A stretch of DNA of 64,000 nucleotides from Lama glama (taxonomy: Eukaryota). The position numbers and the translations under genes are program-made. Every line of letters begins with the position of its first letter. Position 1 is the stretch's first letter. This document shows, piece after piece, positions 38,500 to 50,229 of this stretch. The notes below the pieces were generated by a model that saw only the letters and a list, made by a program, of their open reading frames with translations, did not search any database and had not been told where the DNA came from. The stretch spans positions 38,194,001 through 38,258,000 of the forward strand of contig CM052818.1 in assembly GCA_028534125.1 (NCBI GenBank). Direction: 5' to 3'.

Positions 38500-39400
38500 T
38501 AACTGCCACACAACTTGCTTTTGGCTATCTCCTTTCAAAAATCTGAATCATCTGATGTTCTGCACGATGTGTCTTGCAACTCACGTTGGTATGATACTTA
38601 TTTCTGTGCATTCCTGGGTGAAAATGCTCATTAATCTTCATGTTTCATTCATTTATGTAATTAAATTTCACCCAATGGGATGCAAACTTTTGTTCATATT
38701 ACATGGAGCATAATGACTCTTTTGATCTGCATTCTCTGGCACTTTAGCTTTATATATATATTTTTTGAAGTATAGTCTGGTGGTTTATCTTATTTCATTT
38801 TTAGTTCAGGAAATGATATATTTCTGAATCTTTTGATTTGTTCCAATTGTTTGACTTCTTCCTCAGAAGTAATGATGGTGTTTATCTTAGATCTTGGATC
38901 ACTCCTTTCTCTTCCATCTTCTCTCATATTATTGTCATTTACTCATAAATTTCCATCTAATCTATCTAATCTAATAGAACTTTTCTAATGTATATTCCAC
39001 ATGATCACGTCCGTTTCCATCAGTTCTTTTCTTTACTGCCTCCATCGTGAATTTTGCTTCTGCCATCATCCTTTTAATTTCCTCATAATCATCCTTTCTC
39101 TCCCACCTTTTTAAAAAAATCTCATTGTCATTTGCTGTCCATATGTTGCTTCCTTATTGTCTTCAAATATGGAGTAAATATGCTGAGTTTTGATGCATTT
39201 GATTTAAACATTTCAAACTATTTTCCTTTTGTTTCTTTGAATAAATGATCCTTAGAAGTGAGTCCTTCTCAGTCTTCAGGATGGCCTTTCCTTCCTGGGC
39301 CATACAGTACATTTTCATGGGCTCCATGTTGGTTTCCTCCTGCGTCCTCATCCCTGGGTGAGGAAACATCTTCCTAGGTTTCACATTCACTAAAAATCAC
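38500..39400 (-). mobile_element. possible highly decayed L1/HAL1 ORF1-region fragment
   Basis: T-rich plus strand with phrasing resembling antisense L1 ORF1; weak. Confidence 0.35.
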
Positions 39401-40389
39401 AACATGCGAAGTTTCCCTCACTATTGCATTGCTGGATGTCCAACTGACATCAGGACTTTTCCTAACCCTGCTGGTTTGGAATACGTATATTATGCTACAT
39501 ACTGATTCAATATATAGCAAACCGAAATTCCCCAGATGCACTGCTATCAGTGTTTTTCCTAACTTCATCCTGTATATAGTGCTTTTGTTCGAGGTTCATG
39601 ACCCCAAAATTCAGCATGCCACCATGAGCCCTCGCTTTTTCCACATACTTCATGCAGTTGTATTTTGATGATTTCAGTTTTTCACTAAATGCTGTCAGAG
39701 AAGCAATACAGGTGTGGGTTGGGGATGGAGTTGGGATATGGGGGGAAGTGGGAAGTGAGAGAGGATAGCTTCCTAGCTCTCTCAAAAAAACAAACAAAAA
39801 GCTACCATGCAGTAGAGAGTTTTCTGGTGAGTAGAGAACTTGCGTTTCTAATCAGGAAGACAAAGAATGCATGAAGGAGGGAGGGATTTTCTAACCACGT
39901 TGGAATGGGCAGATTTCTCAAGAGCCTGGAAAATGAACCATCAATTACACTTTTCAATCTAGTTCAATCAACCTAATAGTAGAAATTCCTTCTAGATTTG
40001 GCAATAGGTTTACTGTCAGTCTTAATTTATCCTGTTGTGAGTTAGTAGTAATGTCGATAGAAACCAGAAGTCTCCTGCCTTATATATTGTTTTTCAATAA
40101 AATGTTCCTTTTTAAAAATATCAGCTACTCTTACAGGAAGTGACATTCCAGGAATATGGTGGACTTAGTCAACAAAGAGTTTGGCACACACACACACACA
40201 CAGTAAAATTCTGGTTTGATAACATATATTTTATAATGTAATTTATATTTGAGCTTGAAGGAAAGAAAGGGAAATTCCTAAGTATCATTAAAAAAAAAAA
40301 AAGGAAACTTAAAGCAAGCATGGTAAATAAGAAGTCAAAACTACAGTGACCCAAGTAATATCATATAGTATAATGGACTAATGGATGTA

Positions 40390-41750
40390 GGAGCTTCAGG
40401 GCTCGGCTTCAGAACCCACATAAGGAGAGGATAGGTGATATTTCACACGTGTGAAGTAGGATGCGAAAACCAAAAAACCTCAGTGACAGTGAGAATAGAA
40501 AGAGTACACCCACCAGCCTAGACACTAAAAAGAGAAAACGTGTCTCAGGAAGAGTGTGTGAAAATACAAAGAACAAAAAAACAACAGACAAACCAAAAAA
40601 TACTTTTACAAGATCTGTGATTAAAAGGCTAACTTTTTGTTAGGTTACATAACCTGTGTTAGGTAAAGTTGCAAAGCCTAAGTTTTTTCTACCAATATGA
40701 AATTCATATCTCCAGAGTGATCAATAAATCAAAAAGTTGGTTCTAGACCTATAAAGCCCCTGGATAACCTGGAAGTTAAAACAGAAACAAATAAACTTAA
40801 AAACACTCACAGCAATATGTCTATAACCAAGGGTTTATGGGACCAGTTACCCTGGGAATAAAACAGTGCATATAAACATAAGATTACAGTTAAAAAGAAA
40901 CACAAGAGGAAATGATCATAAGGGAAATACTGACAAACAGGTATATTCAATCCCAAATAACTTGAGACAGTAGAAAAATTAGACTCCAAGAATAGTATAT
41001 TCAGAGTGAACACAGAGAGAAAAGAAAAAAAGAGAAAATATAAGAAAAAAACCTATATTTTCTAGAGCGTTACGAAAAAGAACCAGTAGCTCTGAAAGTA
41101 AAATTTAAATGTAATGTCTAGGAATGCAGCTCATACATAATGTTTTCCAGAGAGATTAAACATTCAATGGATAAGCAGAGCTAAAAACTGAAATAGGGAA
41201 GTAGAAGTACCCCACACTGGTTAAAATATGGAAAATATTTAAGAAAGCTTAAGATATATGGATGATAGAAGGAGACAGCCACTCTATACTTAATGAATGC
41301 TTTACCAGGAGGTTAGAGAGAACATTGAAAAATCAATAGTTAGTATAATAATATCCTAGAATTTTCCAGAATTGGTGAAAGGTATAAATCCTCTGTACCA
41401 CAGCATGGCATACTTTTAAAAAAATCCATACCTATATACATTGCCACAAAATTGCAAAACTCCAAACACAAGCAGAGAATTTTAGGAGCAACCAAAGAGG
41501 AAAGGTAGAATATTTATAAAGAATTGACAATTAGACCTTCCGTTAGCAAAAACAGAGATCAAAAGAAAATGACTTCATATTAGCAAAACACTATGGGAAT
41601 AAAATTCTCAGATTAATTATCATTCAAGAGGGAACAATGGAGACATTCCAGACAGACTAACAATTCATAGAACCTTACAGAAAGAAACAATAAAGGATGT
41701 ACTTCAGTAAGAATGAAACTGAATCCAGAAGGAAGAATTTGATACACATC
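40390..41750 (+). mobile_element. ancient L1 5' region and ORF1
   Basis: 'agaattttccagaattggtgaaagg', 'aaatccatacctatatacatt', 'aaaggatgtacttcagtaagaatgaaactgaatccagaaggaag'. Confidence 0.7.
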
Positions 41751-43659
41751 TCTCCATATTTTCCTTCCCATTCATATGTTGATATATATACTGGTATCAA
41801 ACAATATAGGCAGAGTACTTAATGCATAATAAGCATTCAATTAATGTAAAGTTATTAGAAGAAATATTTGTAAATTGTGTTTTTAATCTTTACTTCCAGG
41901 ACATATAAAAATACAGGGGGTTTGCATATTGATCTTGGTGCTGGCCACACTGTTAAACTTTCTTATGATTTCTAATAACTTACCTGCAGATCCTGATAAA
42001 CTTTTCTGAACATGAATTGATATATCTTCAGAATTAAAGGAATATGGTTACTAAAGATGGAGTTCTCTAGGACTGATTTCAAGGTTTCTGGATTGATTCA
42101 ATAAATAGCACCTATGTTGAAGGTGGAAATTCAAGAGTAATTCTAAAGGGAGTCACTGAACATTTTCCCAAAATATCTTCATTCTCTGTGCTTTTTAGTT
42201 TCCTCTTCTGAATAGGGATATGATCATTTTGTCTACCACATGGATTTGCAATTCTCTCTAGCCCTTTCATTGTCATCAGAGTGCCTAAAATTTAAATTTA
42301 TTAAGCATCATATGGTACCAAGAACAGCACCAACCCCTTATCAAACAGACCATTTGAGGAGAGCCATCAGGAGGACTCTGCAATTCAAGTGTCAGTCATG
42401 AGGGCCATGATTCAAGTTAAGACTTTATCAGCAATCTTTGCAAATAGGTTGATCTTTCCTCATTTGTTTACTATGCTCCTTTGTAGGATGTGCCTATGAC
42501 TGCAGTTAGCAAGCAACCCTTAGCCCTATCATAGACAGCAAAGCAAAATGACCATTAGGATGGATCCTAAGGAGTCAATATCATTTCTACCAGACTAAGA
42601 TTTCACCCTTACACCTGTTCCATTTCAAACATGCAGCCTCTAAAGGACTGCACACGGACAGGTATGGCTAAATTCAATTATTCATGAATATTCAGCTCAT
42701 TTCTCTCTCTTTTTCTTCTAGGTCATCTTTCAACTTCATTTCCTGTAGGATGGAAGTCAGGGAGCTGGAATAAAGTTCCAAAAGCATCCTAGGTTTCTTT
42801 ATGAATTGAGATCAGAAGGATTGCAAGGATAATTCACTGTCCCTTCTCCACACCATCCATGAGACCCCTGGGCCCCACATTTCCTTGGGTAAAATCCTGA
42901 GGCCTAAACAGGGTGATCCCCACTGGCTTCCACTCACATTGCCGGCTGCCTCCATGACAGGACCTTTTCAGAAAACTTCACCCTTAGGCCAGGTCTGAGC
43001 CTCTGTTTTCCAGACAGATGGAACCCACAGAAACTATATTTCTCCCATCTGTTTCCTGCAGGACGAGTGCCCCAGCACAGGGGCAGGTCTCTGTGCCATT
43101 TCTATTTTGCAGCAGGGGGCTCTGACAGGCTTCTGGCTTTGTGTTTTCCATTTTAATGGTTTTCGCCATGGCACTGGAAATAGGAAGAGGCTTGAGGAAA
43201 GTAGGTGACATAAGTGAAATTCTTTATCTTTTTATGCTCGAGACCCTTTCAAATTGTCAACTGGGACACATTTCCCAGAGGGAGCTGTCCACCAGCCAGT
43301 GGAAGATGAATCAACCAACTAATTAGCCTCAGCCATGAAGGTATTCCCTCCTGGTGCCCCCCTCCCCGTCTCACCAGGATTTTTAGACGTCTTTTATCAC
43401 TGTCTTTCATTGTCTGAAAACCCTATAGTGCCTGTAGCCGGCGCCCCACAGGTAACAATTGTATAGATACCAGCAGTCCTTTCCAGAAATGATATCTTAT
43501 TTCCTTAACGCTACTCCAGGTAGGGTGTGGTCAAACCAACTCAGCTTCCCTGTGCCTATGTTGCCAAGTTGGTATAATAACACTTCCCATTTACGTAATG
43601 ATTTGCTTCTCTGGAAATCCTTTTCACCTCTGTGTTTTAATTCTCAAAACAGGCATGCA

Positions 43660-43775
43660 AAGCAAGTCATATTCTAATTTTAAAGGAGAGGAAACTGAAG
43701 CATATAAATTTCAGTGACCCAGCCACAGGTCCTCACCAAGTTGAACAGTAGGAGCACTACACTCCATGACCCCTT
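43660..43775 (-). mobile_element. MIR SINE
   Basis: 'attttaaaggagaggaaactgaagcatataaatttcagtgacccagccacaggtc'. Confidence 0.7.
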
Positions 43776-44848
43776 TTGTTCATTCGATGCTATTTTCACT
43801 GTAACACGCTGTCTCTCTGTCTACTGGTTGATTTGGCTGACAAACCCCAGACCCTGGATGAGTGATGTGGACCAAAAAGCACATTACTGACAGGCATGCA
43901 TCTGTCTCTGACTAAGCTCAGCAGAGCAGATGCTGATTTGCTGGAGACAGTGAGAGTGTCATTAAGGAAACAAGATTTCACATCTGGAGCCACCAGAGGA
44001 TCATATATAACCACAGACAATATAATTGTTCATTGTGGGGTACCAGCAACAGGGGCTGTGGGCTTTTCAGACAACAAAAGTCAGTGATAAAAGACGTCTA
44101 AAAAATGCTTCGAGTTGATCTTAACAGATGGGAAACACAAAGTCAGAGGTGACCCGGGAGGGCACGGGGACGGCAAAATGTGCAAAGGAAAACCATCCCG
44201 TCCTAGAGGTGGGTCTGCTCGGCTACTTCTCCCAGAGTGTTATCCGCAGGGCCTGCTGTGGGGCTGAAGGGAACAGCAGGAGGTGTCCATCACCCGCCGG
44301 GGCGCTCCCACCCGGCGCTCCACCTGCCGTGCAGCGCTCCCTGCTGGGCCTGCAGCCACAGGAAGCAGCGCCTGAGGACGTCACACCGTGAAAACATCTG
44401 GCCTCGGGGACTGCTCGCCTGTGTTCTGCCCAGCACACCTAGCAGTTCAGTGATTGTTCCCTCCTTCAATTATGTCACATAAATACTTCCATAAAAGTGA
44501 GTTTGCAGTGGAAAATCATCTTCTCATCTTGTAGCTTTGTGTTAAAATTGTTACTTAGCACCATCATGAATTGGGGTCTCAAAATACCAGTCTAAGCATC
44601 TTAGTTCTCTTCAGGGATAGATGTTTTGGAGAGGGAATTTTTGGAGGCCAGGACACCTCTCGCCTGCCGACAGCCTGTTGAAGCCTCCCTGCTCTTGGAG
44701 AGTGTGCTGAATGGCTCCACGATGGCTACGGCAGAGAAGGGAATCTGAAAACCGCACAGACTGAAGCTGCCCACAGGACTGGCTGGCCCCACCTCCGAGG
44801 TTTTCTCCACCTCCCTGAGGGGGCTGTGGTTATTCTGCCCACGCTCTT

Positions 44849-44867
44849 CTCTGCCCTCTAGTGGTCA
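44849..44867 (-). promoter_or_regulatory. CTCF core motif
   Basis: Minus strand reads TGACCACTAGAGGGCAGAG, a full match to CCASYAGRKGGCRS. Confidence 0.6.
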
Positions 44868-45821
44868 TTTCCTCTCCTGCCTGCTTTCCTTGCACCGTTG
44901 GCTGATCCTACATGGGTCACGAGCCTGGATAGAAACACATGTCCTCCTGTAGCCTCTGCTGCTAAAACTCCTAGAAAGAGACAGACTAGCCTCCTTGCAG
45001 ACCCAAAACTTGACATTGCCACTGCTTTGAAACTTCTCACCATTTTAAATCCTCTGTTAAATGGTAGGTTTTACAAGGCACCTTGAACAGTGTTTTATAA
45101 GGCACTTTGTAGGCACTGCCATTAAAGTTAATTGTTTGAGCTGCCATTAAAAGGGATGCCTCTGAAACAAAAGTCCTTCTCATCATCTCTTTTCTCAGAG
45201 GAGCTTATCATCTGTAGGCTCAGCATTTGCCTTAGAACCAGGGCTCACACTGCAGCCAGTGCCTCCTTCCTTCCTGCAGCAAAGTTACTCTGTTCAGCAC
45301 AGCATCTGATGTGCATTCCTGGCCCACTGAGGTTTTCACATACATATGCTGTCCCAGATTCACACGAAGGGCCTGAAACTAGATTTAGATGGGAATTTTT
45401 CTTCGAGACTGTTTTCTCTCATCATTATTGACAGCAAGATGCACTGTGATTTGGGGGGTTGGATGGCTTCCAAGTCCTTTACACCAACCAATTTCTGGGA
45501 TTCTTTTGGAAGTCATTGTTTTATTTTGTGCCTCTTAATCACTCTGAGAAGTCGGTCCCTTTCAGAAACCAGGAAGCTCTTGAGTTGAAGACGCAGAGGG
45601 CGTGCTTCCAGGGAGGGACAGGGAATGGTCTGACAGAAGGCTTAGGTGCTCCAGGGTGGGGGGTGGGGAGCAGGAGATAAGTGGCCAAGGGACACTAGGT
45701 GAGGAAGAAAACTCAGGGCAACCAAGAGCAAAGTCTTGACGTCAAGACTGCACTGGCCAGTTCTGCCTGCTAGGCCTTTGATTAGTAGCTTAATATTTGT
45801 TTTCTTCTAGGTCCACCTTCT

Positions 45822-45851
45822 CAAAACAAAAACAAAAACAAAAACAAAAAC
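45822..45851. repeat. (CAAAAA)n simple repeat
   Basis: Directly visible. Confidence 0.9.
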
Positions 45852-45899
45852 CAAACCTTAGTTCTCAGGTTGACCTTTGGCACTCAGAAGTGGCATTGC

Positions 45900-46205
45900 T
45901 TCCAGAATACACATTCTGGTTTAATGGCTGCTGTGTGTGACCTCAGATGTCTCACTCAACCTTCTCAACGCAGTGTTTCATTAAGTGTTGCTGAGAGACC
46001 GCCTGTATCAGATCTTTGCTAAAACGCAGATTCCTGGGTCCTGCCACAAACCTACTGAGTCAGAATCTTCAAAGGCAGGGCTCGGGGAATCTGCATTTGT
46101 TGTAAAATTCCCTAGGTAATTCTTAGACACGATGAAATGGGCAAACTGCTCACCTAGCTCATAAGGATGCTGCCACTTACGGTGCCTAAATGATTTCAAA
46201 GCACT
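45900..46205 (+). mobile_element. MIR split by a MER5-type element
   Basis: 'ctgtgtgtgacctcagatgtctcactcaacctt' on the left and 'aaatgggcaaactgctcacctagctcataagg' on the right. Confidence 0.55.
45971..46135. mobile_element. MER5A/B-like hAT-Charlie non-autonomous element
   Basis: 'aaaacgcagattcctgggtcctgccacaaacctactgagtcagaatct...ggggaatctgcattt', the internally palindromic MER5 signature. Confidence 0.85.
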
Positions 46206-46649
46206 GGGTTCAACTGAGACATCAGAGGAAGCACCATCTTGCCGTTTTACTAAAAGCCCTTCTTCCCAGGTGAACTTTGTCGGAACAACCTTGAAATGCC
46301 AACGTGAAAAACGAAAATGCCATTAGGCCCCACTTAGTAACTGCAGAGTTACTGGGTAGTTTTATAGGTTTTTTTTTTTTCAAGCCATTGGGTACAAATT
46401 ATATTTTCTACTGTGTCAGCGTTCTTCTAATTCAAGTTTCCACTGGTAATCTGTTTTGCTGTGAATACTGGGTAAACTTCATGCCCAGCAGCGAAAATTT
46501 TTGGATGCAACAACTCATTTACTGAATTCTCAGACATTCATCGAGGAATGGAAGCATGATTTTGTAGAATTGAATTTTAGAGCTCTTACGCAACTGAAAA
46601 TTATATGGACCAATTTCCTCATTTTAAATTAGCAGCATTAACATGACTT

Positions 46650-46935
46650 TTCTCTTCCCTTCCCCATCCCTATCCCCAACTCATCATCGCTTGCCTAATT
46701 CTAAACACCCTTCAGCTCCAATGCCACATCCTTAGCCTTGCCGGATCTGCTCTTTCCCACTTCTGTGCTGCCTCAGCACTTTGTCTCAACCTTTTAAAGC
46801 ATGCAGCGCGTCTGTCTGATATTAGTTTCATATATATATATATTTATAGTGAATCCTTGAAAACAGAAACTGTAGCTTGTTCAGCCCTGTAACTTGTAGG
46901 CAGTGCAGGGTCCTCAGTAAGTATTTGATCAATTT
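46650..46935 (+). mobile_element. L2 3' fragment
   Basis: 'tccttgaaaacagaaactgtagcttgttcagccctgta...tcctcagtaagtatttga'. Confidence 0.55.
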
Positions 46936-46989
46936 TAGTTGGAAAACTTAGCGCAGGGCTTGCTGGCAGGTAGGGGCGGCACTGATATT

Positions 46990-47165
46990 CCTATTATTAC
47001 TATTAATTGCAGACATCTATTTAGTTCTTGCCATGCACATTTCTAAGCGCTTTACAGAGGCATCAGCAGAACAAATAACTTGCCCTTAATTATCGGACTG
47101 GAAAGGGAGAGTGCCATGATTTGAACAGGAAAATCTGAATGCAGAGACTCTTACGACTCTTATTC
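46990..47165 (-). mobile_element. MIR SINE
   Basis: 'catctatttagttcttgccatgcacatttctaagcgctttaca...gatttgaacaggaaaatctga'. Confidence 0.6.
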
Positions 47166-47689
47166 TGCATTGCTGCTCATATTGGCACATAAGCCACTCC
47201 TTCTACAGCCCCCTTTTCATGCTGTGCACACGATCATGGTCAAAGATGGGAAACTTAAGACCCCAAGCACTCACTGCCCAAGGAACTGCCTTCTGTTACA
47301 AGTTAGAGTGACTGAATTTCACAACATGGCCACAGAACCATGCAATGTCAAGAACAGGACCAGAATGGATACGTGTTTAACGTCTTTATACATTTCTCAT
47401 GACATGAGTATATGAAGCTTGAGATACATGAAATCAGCCCATCGATAGTTGTTAAAGGAATAAAAATTACATGAATAGTCATTGTGCCACTCCCGTAACT
47501 AATTTGGAAGGAAAAGGCTATGAGAGAACCGTATGGGAATGCTTAAGTCTTTCTGGGGATATGACCAAGAAAATGTGCCTGAAGAGGACAGGAAACCAAT
47601 GCAAAAAGTAGGCATGTGTTTGTCATCTATATAAATCTATATACTTTCTAGTCACGATCTCAGCTGTATTGACTTGGTTTTCAGCTACC

Positions 47690-48260
47690 AGTGGCCTCTT
47701 CTCTAACCTCCATCTGAGTTGTTACCCAGTTTTGTTGCTTCTTGTCCTCCAGTCTATTAAATCCATTTCACCACCAAGTAAGTGGTGGTTGGTAAATTAA
47801 TCCAGCTGATCAGAAACCCGAGATCACCCGCTTTCTCAGTGACCTTCCATCAAGCTAAATCGCACATCTACCTGCTTGCTTCCAATATCTCCACCTCACC
47901 CAGACAGACGCTGTCATTTCAGGGTTCCTTGACTCCGTGCCTCAGCACAACTCAGCCTACCTGGTGATTAAATGCCACCATTGTTCTTGTTCAGCCCTTA
48001 CAGCAACCTGTGTGAAATCTTACAAGCCCTGTGGTATCATTATCTAAACACTCCCACTTCCATATTCCTTATTATGAAATATCACAGTATTGGTGATTTT
48101 GAAGACAGTATAACTGTCTGTGTGCCTGTCTGTCCCACTTCTAGTGTAAGCTCCTAGAAATCAGGAGCAATATCTTTTTTTTAAAAAGCTAGTCTCCCCG
48201 CAGAGTACTGAACACAGTACCTTGCTTATAGAACTTGTTTAATAAAGGTATGTCTAATTT
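47690..48260 (+). mobile_element. L2 fragment
   Basis: 'cctccagtctattaaatccat...tgtaagctcctagaaatcaggagc...cacagtaccttgcttatagaacttgtttaataaa'. Confidence 0.7.
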
Positions 48261-48345
48261 AACAGAAAACATAGAATAGAGATCCTTGATGTGAATACTC
48301 AGTGTTTACTTCTACTTCTGGTAGGTTTATGGGTTTTTTTTTTTT

Positions 48346-48868
48346 TATGGTTTTGCTATAGATTTTTTAAAAAGCCCACAGTCCTTCATTGCCCCTGTGC
48401 CCATGCTCTTTGTGATGTCTTATAATGAGATGGTGCAGCTCCTTTCATCAAGAAATGGAGTTTATTTCCTCTCCATTTGATTCTGGGCTATCTTTATAGC
48501 TTGCTTTGACATCAGAATTTAGTGCAGATGATGGTGTACCAGTTGTGAACTAACCCTCCCAAGGCCTTGTCCGCTCTGCTTGCTGTTTTGGAACCCTGGA
48601 ACCAGCATGAGGACAAGTCTGGGTTAGGCTGCTGGAGGACTGGAGACATTGGTCCCTGTCATCCTGTTGCCCCACCCGACAGCCAACCCACCTCCGAAGG
48701 CCTGCTGCCTGGCTGACCTGCAGCTGCTGGCAGACACAGGAGAGGGCCAAGATGCAACAAAACTGCCCAGCTGAATCAAGCCTAAATTATAAACTAGCTA
48801 AATGGTTGCTGTTTAAAACCACTAAATTATGCAGTGACTTGTTACACATTAGTCAGCTAACTGATACA
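48346..48868 (+). mobile_element. MaLR solo LTR (MLT1H-like)
   Basis: 'cagctcctttcatcaagaaatggagtttatttcctctcc', 'aactgcccagctgaatcaagcctaaatt', ends 'gctaactgataca'. Confidence 0.85.
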
Positions 48869-50229
48869 AGTTCTAAGTGTTCTTATCTGATGATGTTAAT
48901 TGCCTTTTGCAGTAAACAAGAACCTACAGCCGAGTCCTCAGGGGCCCCAGATGCAGGCTGGACCCCACCCTGGCTCTTTATCAGCCCTCTGGTGTTGGGT
49001 GTCAGATTACCGGCGCTCCTCCCTGCTTTGGCTTTGGCTGTTACTCTCCAGGTTTGCTCAAACTTGAGAGTTTTAATCTCATGTTAATAAATATGTGTCT
49101 GTTCAAGCAATTTGTTTGGGTATAATTATGCCAGTCTCCTAGGAAATTACTGCCACCTAAGTTATTACAGATTCACCTTGGAGACACTGTATCTGGCTGG
49201 TTCTTGTTCAGTCAAGTGCTCCCTCGCCAGAGACCAATACATAATGCTCTAAAGCTCTCTCTGCTTAAATTCCTCTGCCTTTTTGGCATGACTCTTGCCA
49301 GTAACAACCAGCATAAAACACAGCTCTGGAGAACGAAAAGGAGCTGGTATGTCCAGAAGCATGCTGCAGTAAGAGGCTGTGAAACTTAAAAAGACAGCAT
49401 TAGTTTGAATTCAAGTTTTTGTTTTTCTTTTCTTCTTACTGTCTTGAGAAAATGAAGTTGTTTTTACTTCTATGGAATAGCCTGCCTTACAGAAGAACCA
49501 ACAGAAATTTCAATGTCCTGATATTAGACATCTTTGATCCCCAGGTATGCTGTGGACATTCCTTCACTGGAAAGTCTATTTCTATTGAGGCCTTCATAGA
49601 ATAATGATCTGTGGCCATAATAAAGTGGATAACTTACCAAAAAAGACCCCTGTGCCTTCAAGCAATGGCAGTCCGAAGCCAGAGTATTGGTAGATGTCCA
49701 CCCTAGATGCAAGTGATAAAAGGAAATATTGCTTGTAGAGAATTTAAAAACAATAATAAAATGGACAAAAAAAAATCAGTGTGCTTGTGTTATTATCATG
49801 AGCCAGCATTTCTAAACACTGCAAGTGATAAGATACTGCTTTCTGCTGGGATTCCATCACTCTGACCTTAGCGCGCCCCACCTTCCGATGCATGCTCTTC
49901 TCTTCAGAGGAACTCTTTAAGGAGGCTGCATGCCTAACCTCGTGATCTGGCAAACTTAGACCACTCGAGGAACCTCCCTACAGGAGCTGCCTTCAGTCAT
50001 TCTTCTCAATGAACAGCCTCAACAAGAAGAAATACATATTCGTTGAGGCTGGAAACAGCTGAAAGCCAGATTATTCTCTGCTACCCCAGCAGGTAGTCAG
50101 CAGGGATTGTGAGGGTTCTTGGCCCTCCCACGAGTGGAAAAGCAAAGACAGGGAACACACCCACCCAAAGTTCCTCATTCCAAATCCAAAACTACATGTG
50201 TAATGACACAAGGAATCTCAGCAGAGAGA

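Noticed and set aside
40269..40278. Perfect NF-kB site GGGAAATTCC
   Set aside because: Isolated 10-mer in low-complexity A-rich sequence; expected by chance in 64 kb
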